From positions 6,151,327 to 6,215,326 of the forward strand of contig OZ316897.1 in NCBI GenBank assembly GCA_973895155.1: DNA of 64,000 bases, given 5' to 3'. Positions within the stretch are counted from its first letter, which is position 1. The number at the start of each line of letters is the position of its first letter. Of the stretch, positions 1 to 10,406 are shown one piece after another. The DNA comes from Marsupella aquatica (lineage: Eukaryota; Plantae; Marchantiophyta). Below the pieces are notes generated by a model. It saw only the letters and a program-made list of their open reading frames with translations, was not told where the DNA came from and did not search any database. A program made the translations under genes and the position numbers.

Positions 1-1
1 T

Positions 2-748
2 CGTACGATTTTGGGACAAAATACACCCAACTTTTGCATTAAGCGCCGTGCCATGTTCAAGTACAATCTGAAGAGATGTACTTTTGTGTTCCCTTAGTCG
101 ACGGAGTTGTTTGGGATATGGTATATTTGACCAATACAGCCGCCGCCTCCTGCTAGGACTAAGCTCTTGTGAATCGATTTCAATCGGTATTGTCTTGAGA
201 TGCTTTGAAATCTCATCCCGATCTTGCCATGCCATCGATGCCACATTCTCTGCAAGAAACCAAGTGGGATTGAACAGCTTGATAATCCGCAGCATCTCAA
301 AAAACAGTTTGCTTCGCTGCCCATGCAATCCAGCCTTGTGCCCCAAGCAGGTGAGGTCCTGGCAAGGAAAGCCACCTACAATTAGGTCAACCTTTTCGGG
401 TATAGAGTCGAGTTGAAGCGTTGAGATATCGCCAACATGCAAAACCATTGGGTGCCTTGCCTTAACCACCTGACTTGCAGCGTTATTCACCTCACAGCTG
501 TATCCGATGAACGGTATACCGAGAAGAGATAGAGCTGTCCAGATGCCACCGATCCCATCAAACAAGCTGAGGACAACCAAAGGTCTGGCTGTCCACCCAC
601 GAGCTTTCGTTCTCAACTCCGTTATCCAACGTCCAAAACAAAACACGTCTTCTGCAATCGAAATATTCTCAGCATCTCGATATTGCAGCTTAGCTAATTT
701 ATCTGCTTCCTCTTGGAGCTCATGGATCTTAATAAGCAGGTTCTCCAT
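2..748 (-). CDS. DNMT3: DNMT3-type C5 cytosine DNA methyltransferase (non-permuted motif order), 5' part; ORF runs off the left window edge
   Basis: Manual translation from ATG 748 (absent from the ORF track because no stop is reached): MENLLIKI...PLVVLSLFDGIGG (motif I)...YSCEV (II)...HVGDI (III)...DLIVGGFPCQDL (IV, catalytic PC)...KLFFEMLR...WFLAENVASM (VI)...IDSQELSPSRRRRLYWSNIP (VIII). It is collinear with the DNMT3 catalytic domain (VLSLFDGI/GGSPCNDL/FENV/RARYFWGNLP). No stop or intron in 249 codons. Confidence 0.93.
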   Translation of the reverse strand, partial: MENLLIKIHELQEEADKLAKLQYRDAENISIAEDVFCFGRWITELRTKARGWTARPLVVLSLFDGIGGIWTALSLLGIPFIGYSCEVNNAASQVVKARHPMVLHVGDISTLQLDSIPEKVDLIVGGFPCQDLTCLGHKAGLHGQRSKLFFEMLRIIKLFNPTWFLAENVASMAWQDRDEISKHLKTIPIEIDSQELSPSRRRRLYWSNIPYPKQLRRLREHKSTSLQIVLEHGTALNAKVGCILSQNRT

Positions 749-760
749 TAGGGGAGAGTT

Positions 761-892
761 CTGATTTCAAGCACGCCCGCTTAAATCCTTCTTTCTCTGT
801 TTTGCCCCGCTCCTCAAGCTTAAAATCTAGTTCATGTGCTCTGTGCTTTTCTAGTTCTCCCCTACTCACAGGGACACATAGTCAACGGATTC
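761..892 (-). pseudogene. Isolated degenerate copy of PDAP1 exon 6 plus flanks, directly upstream of the DNMT3 ATG
   Basis: Aligns by eye to 55855-55990 and 1711-1845. Translates GELEKHRAHELDFKLEERGKTE versus EELEKQRAHERYLKLQEQGKTEQ. The donor site ag|gtgggtgtg has become aa|gcgggcgtg. Confidence 0.8.
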
Positions 893-1019
893 ATCTGCAC
901 GTAGTCAAAGGATTAATGTCAGATTATTTAAAACAACACAGAAAAACTTCTAGCAATTTTCGACAGGTCCAATATGCAAGGCAGCTGCATCTTTGGAGTC
1001 GTGCTCATTGGAATTATAG

Positions 1020-2270
1020 ACCTACAAGGTTCCACCTTCATTGATGTGTTGGGGGCCCTTTGAACGGGAGACACTTTGAGCATGGTTGACGTTACGCAAA
1101 TAATGCTCGCAGATACCATTAATCACAACGTTTGCCACGATTTGCAGCTATCATCAATTCTTCAGATAAAATACAGTACATTGTATCAGCGCATCATTGC
1201 TATTGAGGCCATATCCCAAACAAATATAGCGAAAGTTGAGAAGAGCCTAGGATACACAGGGAATTGAGTACGTATACACATTCACACTCACCAACCGGAA
1301 ATCCACTACTGTCCAACACCTGTACTCTTCCGACCCTGTTTCGCTGCAAAGTTGAACACCAGAATGCTCCAGTCACCAGAACCATGTCACTGACGCAACA
1401 AAGTTTCACTTCCTGCAAAATCAAGGTACAAAGAAGGTCCAGGCTACGGAGTTGATTTCAACATTTCAATTCAGTACTCAGGATTTCGATGATCCACAAC
1501 GAGACTACCCAGCTTTCTAACCCTTCTGTCTGATAAGAGCTAATCGTTCTGAAAAGCAACGAAGCACAGATACTCAAACACAAGACGTGCATTTAATATC
1601 CTCATGCCCAGCTTATCGACAATGACAAGCGTAACACATGGATACATATCCGAGAAAGTGAATTTTTAAGAAAATCCTTGTCATGACAGTATATCACAAC
1701 AAGGGAATCCTGATTTGAAGCACATCTACCTAAATCCTTCTTTGACTGCTCTGTTTTACCCTGCTCCTGGAGATTTAAATATCGTTCATGTGCTCTTGCT
1801 CTTCTAGCTCTTCCCTGCTCAAATAGAACACGGAGTCAACGGATTATTTGCAGCCGTGGAGTCCCGAATCTCAAATAACATTCGTTTCCTCGTAGCTTTC
1901 CTGACTTAAGTTCACGGAAACAAACGCTAACAAATCTTACTATCGGAGGACACGATAACGGAACATTATCGTCGTTAATACAAATCCCTGGACCTGTATT
2001 GAGGCGGCTTGACATTCTTTGCACGCTGCTAGTAATCTCATTGTCCCATTTTAGCAAAGTCACACAGGTCTAGCGTACATTTAAGGAACCTGGATGTTAT
2101 ACGAATCAAAGAGCTTATGATAACAGAAGTCGCACCTTTCTCACTTAGAAGCTCCTGCGAGTCATGTTAGCTGCTCCAACGAGATATTGACATGCAGTTA
2201 GAAGTCAAGGGGAATCCAAGTAGAGAACTTAGCGCATCCACTAAAGCCACAATGCAGGTGACCAAAATTT
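1020..2270 (-). pseudogene. Degenerate genomic (intron-containing) duplicate of the 3' half of PDAP1 (exons 5-8, introns, 3' UTR)
   Basis: Collinear similarity with ~55140-56405, e.g. taaatccttctttgactgctc (1731/55875), agagctaatcgttct (1536/55684), gcacctttctc (2132/56277). Exons 7 and 8 carry deletions. Confidence 0.85.
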
Positions 2271-3129
2271 GCCAGCGAGGCCAAGGCACATTGGAATAGC
2301 TGGATACAACGAGCGATAAAGACACTAGCTAGTACAATTTTTTTCCACACTGATAATACTTTGAGATAACTATACTCTCTGCAACAAGTTTAATTGATCT
2401 ACTCGGGGAACGAACGCAACTACGTTTGCCTATTGCAAAAGCCACTGAACAGCCTACCTTCTGAAGAAAACAAGCAGGGACAAGGTAACACAACAAAGAG
2501 CCGGAGGGTGTACCAGAAGCCACAAAAAATGCATCTCCAAAGTCTACGACGACCAGCCCAGGACGCACAATAAGAAGAGTGATACAATGTCAGCATGGGC
2601 AGCTTCAGCAGACAGGACTCGACCGTAGAGGGGAAACCGATCGTTCAGGAATCATTGCAACAATGGTGTATAACCGTTCGTACGAGGTCTTCCGGCTTTG
2701 ATCATTATTGGGTAATCTCTAGCAACGGCTATACAAGATCAAAAACCAAAATAGCCTGTTGCCTCTACCAATTGTATGCAAAAGAGGTCCTAAAAACGTG
2801 CTGGTGTCTCAAACTTTTAATCACAGTGTACTTTGCGTTGCAGTTCCAAGACCCAGCACAAGATGCAGCCGAGGGCAAAACCCTGAGAAATATTTTCAAG
2901 AAACACTAGTTCATAGAGTTACCCTCTTCTACAATCGCTCTACTACGTTACAGATGGGATATGCCCACGCCCTTGACCGGGGAACTGAGAAATTAAAGAT
3001 AAGCGCTAAAAATGTTCTCGAGCTCCAAGTCTCCCTTTCACGACAATGAGAGCTGCTGGCTCATTTTCAGCATGATGCACATTTTAACAAATTGGAATAT
3101 TTTTGAACACATAAAGTGGGATGCTTTAC

Positions 3130-3253
3130 GCTCTGCCCCAAGGTTTAAGGGAATAGAAGCTGAGCCTTGGGAGCTCTGACCCAAGGTTTAAGGGAATAAA
3201 AGCTGAGCCTTGGGAGCTCTGACCCAAGGTTTCAGAGAATAGAAGCTGAACCT
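3130..3253. repeat. 43-bp tandem repeat x ~3 with internal hairpin arms (cccaagg...ccttggg)
   Basis: Unit gctctgacccaaggtttaagggaatagaagctgagccttggga at 3130, 3173 and 3216 (last copy partial). Confidence 0.9.
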
Positions 3254-3521
3254 ACCGTCTTCCCCTGAACATATATTTGAATAGTGGGCCAGGGGGTGCT
3301 CGATCTATTCGAATAGTGAGCCCTAGTCGTTGTGTTTGAGTTTAGTACCGCCGGGTTACGAGCGTGGTATGAACGTCTCTCTCGGGTCCGTATAACAGGT
3401 CAAGGAGGCGGCTCTTTGACACGCCCTGATCCAGACCTGCAGAGTGGCCGGTACACTGCAAGCGTGAAAGAATCGGCCTATCAGAAAAGAGGGGGGCCGA
3501 CCGGCCGACGAGCCCTCAAGG

Positions 3522-3528
3522 TATAAAA
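3522..3528 (+). promoter_or_regulatory. TATA box upstream of the element C gene
   Basis: TATAAAA followed by a pyrimidine-rich tract, ~100 bp before ATG 3630. Confidence 0.55.
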
Positions 3529-3629
3529 GGGACGTCATTCTCTTGCATTGCATCGGCACTTTACTCCTCGCGCCAGCTTTGACCCCAGCTCGCCCAGTTT
3601 CTCCCTAGTCATCCATCGCCATTCCCTAT

Positions 3630-4263
3630 ATGTCTGTCACACTTATGTCCAGTTCGGCCCTTCGCTTTTGGCTTCAATTTTTATCCATTGGAAATCATCT
3701 AGCGAAGTTGCTTGCCGAATTCAACCCGCGTCGGTACAAAACCGAAAGATAGTACGAACGACTCATCCGTCTAGCCGGGCGCTCTCACTACAACGGCAAC
3801 TTCAGCCTCCCGTTCCAAAGCAAGTTCTGTCAAGACGACGAGATTGCCAAATTCTTCTTCGACGGAACAAAGTATCTCGGCTTCAGAGAAACGCTCCTCC
3901 GGCTTCCAGATGAGGTCTTCACGATCCCGGGCATGATAGACTTGCAGCGGCACCACTTCAACCATATCCCCGCCAAAGTTCAGGCTTCCATAGAGTATCA
4001 ATTTGGTAGTACGAATACGGGCGAGTCATCTATTCTGACATCACTCGGCTTCCCCTCAGACTTGCTGAATCCGATGGCGCCTCCTCCAGCTACAACCATC
4101 ACTGACTCATCGGCACCTTCACAGACACTACCTCGGCCTCAGCCAAGCCGATCTCCACCACCAGCCGCACCACCCCTCCGCGTACGATCCGTGGTGAATG
4201 CGGGGAACATCAGTTCCGAGGACAAGGAAACTCATCCTCCTCATGTCCGGAGGCCACCGGGGA
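3630..4263 (+). pseudogene. Element C gene, 5' part
   Basis: MSVTLMSSSALRFW...ER*YERLIRL...MIDLQRHH...HVRRPPG in one frame with one internal stop. The N-terminus loosely echoes MTTVNQAAKFW (B) and MSNINQAAHFW (A). Confidence 0.55.
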
Positions 4264-4655
4264 TGTGATGCCTAGCCAGGAATCACTAGGCCATATTAGG
4301 AGTAAAATAGGAGGGTATACAATAAACCGTTAGTATAAGGGCAGAAAAACAGGGAAACTATAAACAATTAAGGGCATACATGGAGTCAGAGCCAAGGCCG
4401 AAAGAGGAGTAACGGTCACTAGGTCGCGATTAGGGTTAAGGCATGTAACACTGGCTGCTGCCGGTAATCGGTACCAAGACATACAGCGCAGGCCCGGGCG
4501 CAGGCCAGAAGGAGGGGGGTAAGGCAGGGCAACCTAGAAGTGATGGCTCACATTCACACCTCCAGCAAACAGAGTGCAAGAAGAAGCAAACGACTGTCAA
4601 CTACGGAGGAGAACACGGGGGCATCAGCTGCTACCGAGCAACGCCAGAGAAGGGA

Positions 4656-7600
4656 ATGAGCAACATCAATCAAGCAGCACATTTTTGGGATGCCTGTTTG
4701 AACGGGCAAGTGAGTAAGTCGGGACCTACGAGGAGGAAGAATCAGAAAGAGCAGCCCACGAGCGATAGGAGCTTGCTCAACTCTAGGAACTGCAGAAGAC
4801 GGCCTTCTTAGGAGGAGAATTCATCAAGGTTGAATTCTTGTGGACACCTACTAGCAATGAGCTTGACGACCTTCTAATTTGAGACAACAAAATCGTCGGC
4901 ATCCGGCAAGCCATCAACAACTGCAACGACAAACATTGGAACCTGAAAGGTTGCACGGCAACGTGGACAAAAGCAACAGTGTTGGGAGAATCATCAGGTG
5001 CGGCTGAAATGAAGAGGAAGATGGCCAACAATGAAGAAAACACACCAGCCAAGAGGACGAGGTTGGCAATATCAAGGAAGCTGGCCGAACAAGGGAGGCA
5101 GAGAGAGGAGGAAGCCGAGGAACAGAAGTCAACCCAGTCAATGTCGTCCCTACCCAAGATGACACCTAGAAGGGTTGGGCGGCAATAATACCATTGGCAG
5201 TGCAGCTACATTTTGCACGAGAGGAGGATGCATGCTTTACAGCCATGCAGACCAAGAAGTACCAGGGCTTCATGGCCGGATCAAGCTTGGAGACCTTTGT
5301 GAGACTGCCGTGGCTGAAGAAGGAAGTGCCAGAATCAAACTTATTGGAATTCGTGGGATCATGGGACCACGAGACCAGCTCCACAAAGATCTACGGGAGG
5401 GACTTCTATCTCACCTCCAACGTGATTGCCAAAGTGTTTGGCTTGCCGATGGGCAACAAGGCTAAGGTAGAAACCCGGAAGAACTTGCCAGACAAGGAGT
5501 TTAGATCATTCCCCGGGCCGTCAACGAAGAATGGCTTCCTTCGAAGCACCTGCACCAACCCGCATATTGGAGAAATGATTGATTTCCTACGGGTGACAAT
5601 GCATTGCAACTGGCCAAGGCCGGAGATCGGCAAGGCACAGGTTTACCTGGCAGAGAGGCCAGACCCAAGTCGGGATTACAATGGGTACCTCCTCAATCAA
5701 CTAAGAAAGATATTGAGGGAGGAACAGCAGGTGATTAGCCAAGGGAGTGTGTCCCAGCTTGGTTATCACATGTCGTTGTTATGCCGGTATGCCCGGAGTC
5801 AAATCTTTGCCCCGATCCTTCCCCTGCAGGCTAGAGCGCCAGAGGAGGAATCAAAACCAAGGCCGGCAGCAAAGCAGCCCAACCTGCCCGGCAAACCCAC
5901 GATAGCTCAGATCTTTTGGCAGACGCCGGAACCCAGGCTGATGCAAAAACCGACTATACAGAGCCTTCTACACATACTAAAGAAGGAGAAGGCGGCATTA
6001 GCACCAGAGGCAGCTGCAACGGGCACCGCAAGAACCGCTAGAGGAGAACCCGTGGTCGGGGCCGTGAAGAGAAGCAGGCCAAAAATTAAGCCAGGGGTCG
6101 GATGTATGTAGGAGCCTCTAGTGCGGAATAAGGGGGACAGGGACCCAGGGTTCCCAGTCCTAAAAAGGAGTGCAAAAGTCAAGTGCGGGAGCCGGAAGGG
6201 CAAGCCGCACGCATGTATAGTCCTCGGCATGAGGCCGGGTTTGCGGCTAGTCCTAGAGAGGACAAGCAAGCACCAGGATGCCTGGAGGCCGGGGAGCACG
6301 AGGAGGAATACCACGAGGACTTGGGTTACGGGTTGGATCGCTTGGTACCAGGGGTGCGGACCTGTAGCCGTTTTGTCCCCACACTTCCAAGAGTGGTGCA
6401 TGGGGATCCACAATAGCAGGGAAGCCCAAAGCCCCCCCCCCCCCCCCCCACCGAACGTACCTCCGCCAATTTTTGACGGAACAGGCTGATCATGAATCGC
6501 AAGAACAATTCAGAGATCTGGAGAGGACAACCTTGGCCAAAGAGAAGGATTTGCCAAGAGGAGAATGGTCGGAGGACATTCTGCAGCTTGCAAAAAACCA
6601 AGTCGTAGACTTACCCACTTTTAATGAAGTTTGGAGAGAGGCATGGGAACGCAGGCCGCGTTGGGAGATGCCGGTATCTCCTAACCACTCCACCTATGCA
6701 CGTTCTTGGGCTCTGGAGTACGGGACAATGTGTGGGCTACTTGCCCTCTACATCTTTGGGGAAGAGTTGGAGACGGGACCTTTCGTCCATAAGGAGATGT
6801 TGGAGAAAAGCCTATTGGAGGACGCACTGGCCTTGGAGAGGATGAAGAAGGAGGAAGTCATGCATCCAGCGGCTAAGGGAGAAGGAAGCCGAGGCCGGAG
6901 AGTTAAAGGTGGCCAAGCAGGCCCAGGACGAGCTACGAGTTAGAAAGCATGAAATAAGTATCATGCAAGAGCAACTAGCCTAGACTCAGGAAGACTTGGC
7001 CGAAGCCCTCAAGGAGAAGGAGAAGTGGAAGCAGGAGCTGAAGAAGGTAGAGGCAGCTTACATAACGGCCTGCAATAGAGCCATGACCGAGCCCATAGGA
7101 AGGAGCGGGCACTGAAGGATGAGATCAAAGAATGCCGCAAGGCCCTTCATCAAAAACAAGGCAAACTTGATGAGACCTACAGGGGCATCGACAAGTTGAT
7201 AGGAGACCTGGAGGACCTGTCGGCCAACTTTCAAGCCGAGTTATGGAAGAAGGATGACATGCTCGATCAATCCTACAACAAAATGAATAAGATCAAGTTT
7301 GATGTCGTCCATGAGCTCAATGCAAAGCTGAAAGCAATCCAGGAGGAGAGGTGGGCCACTCAAAAGATGGAGAATCTACAAAGGCGAGCGGAAAACCAAA
7401 CTGAGTAGTGAGGAAGCAGTCTGAGGAGCTAAATCGGCTAGCCGCAACAAGTGGACCCCTGGTAGCGGCAACAGGGTTGCAAGGCATGGTACTAACCGAG
7501 CAACAAGCCATACATGGTACCCTCACCTTTGTTGGACGTAAGTGGCAAGGGGAAGGCACCAGCTGCTTGGGAGGGGAAGGACAAAAAGCGGAAGCCTTCT

Positions 7601-7988
7601 GGGTCAGGGAGCCACACCGTTCATCAAGCCACCGTGGCTGAGGTGGAGAGCATGGCACCAGCCTCATGCAAGGTTGTGGCCGTCAAGGAAGCAGTCCGGG
7701 AGGTAGCTAGGCCAAGAACACCAGTTGGGGGAGGCCATGACAGGCATTGACCCAAGGTTGCCAACCATTGATCGGCATCAACTGCAACCTTGGGAGGACG
7801 AGACAACTCGACTCATAGAACGAGCCTATGAGGAGGACCACTACGGCAAGGTAGCTGATGTCGGGAAGGAGAGTACAAGAGCCGCAGGGCCTGCCGCAAG
7901 GGTGGAACCCCCACAGACAAAAGTTGGGCAAACAGAAGTCGGGGTGGCGAAAGTCGAACAGGCAGAAGCCAATGAAGCCAAGGCCAAA
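4656..7988 (+). pseudogene. Element A gene (PMD/Transposase_32-like domain + coiled coil), decayed; last 46 codons at 33865-34002
   Basis: ORF fragments 4979-5188, 5194-6111, 6183-6416, 6473-6943, 7196-7408 and 7725-7988 are collinear with element B's ORFs. The frame continues across the chromovirus insertion (EAKAK|VMVGPGHAEDGL). Confidence 0.75.
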
Positions 7989-9471
7989 AGTTGCGGAACT
8001 CAACTACCTTAACACTTAGCTCCGGCGTCGCTGACTCCAACGCCGAGCTCCCTTATGGTCCAGGCCCGGATAGGCTATCCGGGGAGGACTTAGCATGGGG
8101 AGACTTGTGGGCAATGAGACGTGGCACTACCGAGGCAAGGAGCCAAGCTGGGGACACACACTAAGGACTTGGACTAGCTAATAGTTGGTCGGGTCAAGGG
8201 GAAATGGGTCGAACTCAAGGTTGGCCGTCTGGACCTCCGGATGGACTTTGAGTTCTGAGGGCTTGAGTGTGAGCTCCTCTTGGGCCCAAGGCCAATGGAG
8301 TTGACGCCATGCGCAACGGACGCTTGGGGCGCAAGTTATGACCCGATCCAGGTTGGGCTGGTCGGGGGCCCTAAGCGACGATGAGACCTGAGGGCCTAGG
8401 CATGAACACTGGGTCGGCCCAATCACAGCAGGCTAAGGCACTCCGCTTGCGGATGCCTAATGAGAAAGTTATGGGCGTTGCCAATTGGTGGCGCGCCCAT
8501 TATGCGCGATAGGATCCGGGTTGGGGGCCAAATGTTTAGGGACCAAAGCTGGTTCGGGGGTGGCAGGTCTCCAAAAGCATATATGAGGGGAGTAGTGTCT
8601 CCCTGGGGGCTAAGGGCGAGCCGAAGTCGTGAGCCGTGGCGGTCGCGACACTAAGGGTTTAGGGTTTAGGGTTTAGGGTTAACGGAAATGACGATATCTT
8701 CCTAACGGGAAGTCCGTTGGGAGACTTCTTGGGTGTGTTGGAAAGCTCTTGAGGAGGGCTACGCCCTCTTGAGCTCAATTGGGTCTGGGGGTACCATGGG
8801 TTCTTGTGGTTTGCGGGTGTTAGCTCGCCTGCTTACCAAATCCTGCCGAACAGCAGCCAAGCCGCGTTCAATCTCCCAAGGGAGCTTGCGTTGGGGAGGC
8901 AAGGCCAAGTAGGTGTGGAGACTGAGTTCCAAGGGTGCTCAGCCCCTAGACCATCAGTGGGGCGAACTGGGAGTTGGTTGCTAGAGTCGGGGCCGTTCTG
9001 GTCCCGGCGTGTTGGGACAAGCTACGCTACTTGGGCCATGAGCATGTCCTGGGGTCAGGGCAGTCAATTGGTGATGGATAGGTACAAGAGGGAACCCAGG
9101 CCGCGCCCAAGGAAGGAAACTGTCCGGGACGGACAATGGGCGTGGGTTCTGGTTCCAGCTTATGGTATCGGGAGGACCTATCACTGACCTATTTACCAAC
9201 GTCTATGAGCTTGAGTAGGATGCTAGACTTGGCGAGTTCTAGATCCTAAAGGGTTACTTACCGAGGTGCTTGGTTGCTTGTGCAGATAGGGAGGACCATT
9301 GAGTAGCGGCCGTGTTAGAGAGCAAGTGCGACTTCGTATGGGAGGGGCTGTTGGCGGTGCAAGGGGCACTAGTTTACTTGCTTGAGGTATTCCGTGGAGG
9401 CGTTCGGGCACCAAGGGCACTTAGGCATGAGTGCTGGGATTGGTGAGGGCTAGGTGGCGAGGTCCACCACT
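7989..9471 (+). repeat. Chromovirus 5' LTR (AGT...ACT)
   Basis: Direct repeat of 32375-33859, roughly 95% identical by eye, mostly transitions. Confidence 0.95.
8658..8678 (+). repeat. (TTTAGGG)3 plant telomeric repeat within the LTR
   Basis: ctaaggg-tttaggg-tttaggg-tttaggg-tt; the same array is at 33044-33064. Confidence 0.95.
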
Positions 9472-9473
9472 TG

Positions 9474-9484
9474 TGGTATCAGAG
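9474..9484 (+). other. Primer-binding site (tRNA-iMet)
   Basis: tggtatcagag, 2 nt after the 5' LTR. Confidence 0.92.
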
Positions 9485-10406
9485 TGATTGCTGGCATAGA
9501 CACCGGGCCGAGGTTGTGCTAAGTCGGAATCCAAAAATCTTAACGGATTTTTGCGGGGACTTAGTGCTTCAACATGCCTACACTAGTAGAAACCGGGGGG
9601 TATTTAGACCCCATTAAACAACTATTCAGTACCGTATAGGACTTGGAAACGACTGGGAAGGACTCCAGTCCTTTATAGGACTGCGAGTCGTATGTTTTGT
9701 TACTATAATCAACTGAGTCCTTTATAGAACTGGTTTATAAGTCGTTTAATAGACTGGATTTTCAGTCTATTTTAGTCTTTGTGTGGGTAGCTTTGGTGAG
9801 TCATTTTCAGTCTTTTATGGGCTGCGATGATGAGTCGTTGGAAATGACTAAAAAGGTTATGGAGGGTAGTCTTTAAATATACTTTGTGGGGTATGTATAA
9901 GTCTTTCATGTCAACTGGATATGAGTGATGAAGACCCCACTATACTACTTGGAATGAACCCACTCTTGTGCACAAATAACATATTGCATTCATGTTTTAT
10001 TGTGTACTTGGAATGAACTCACTCTATAAGTTCACCATTCATCATGTTAACATTAGAATACATAGTTTCAGAAAGCCATCTTCTATACCATGTACACTAA
10101 TATGAATTCACAGATTCAAACTTCATAGACTACAAAGAAGGTCACAAAGTATTCCTCTATACCATACACACTAATACTGAAATGATAAAATAGATTCAAG
10201 TATCATAGACAATCACCATAGAGCCATAGTTTGACATCAATCACTTGTTTCATACATACAGAATTCAGAAATATCAATGTCACACACAACGTCTCCTTCA
10301 TCCTCTTTACCAAATGGAAAAATTGGTACAGATATTTCTTGGATCTTTCCAAGGCAATGTCAAAATGTGACACAATTCACATGATTCTATCTACACTTGC
10401 ATTCAG

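Noticed and set aside
2-748. DRM-type, 4mC-type or bacterial (HGT/contaminant) methyltransferase
   Set aside because: Motif order I-IV-VI-VIII is not permuted as in DRM, and PCQ/ENV are C5-MTase motifs. Spacing and the RxRxxWxNxP motif follow DNMT3. GGFPCQDL alone does not indicate bacterial origin.
761-892. In-frame PDAP1-DNMT3 fusion protein
   Set aside because: The PDAP1 frame differs from the DNMT3 frame and stops, and a TGA lies in frame just upstream of ATG 748. Only a UTR-level chimera is supported.
3130-3253. CRISPR-like palindromic repeat array
   Set aside because: The units are contiguous with no unique spacers, the context is eukaryotic, and there are no cas genes.
8658-8678. Chromosome end or fusion relic
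   Set aside because: There are only three repeats, duplicated as part of both LTRs.
8178-9420. Short ORFs repeated at 32564-33621
   Set aside because: Their recurrence reflects LTR duplication; no protein motifs.
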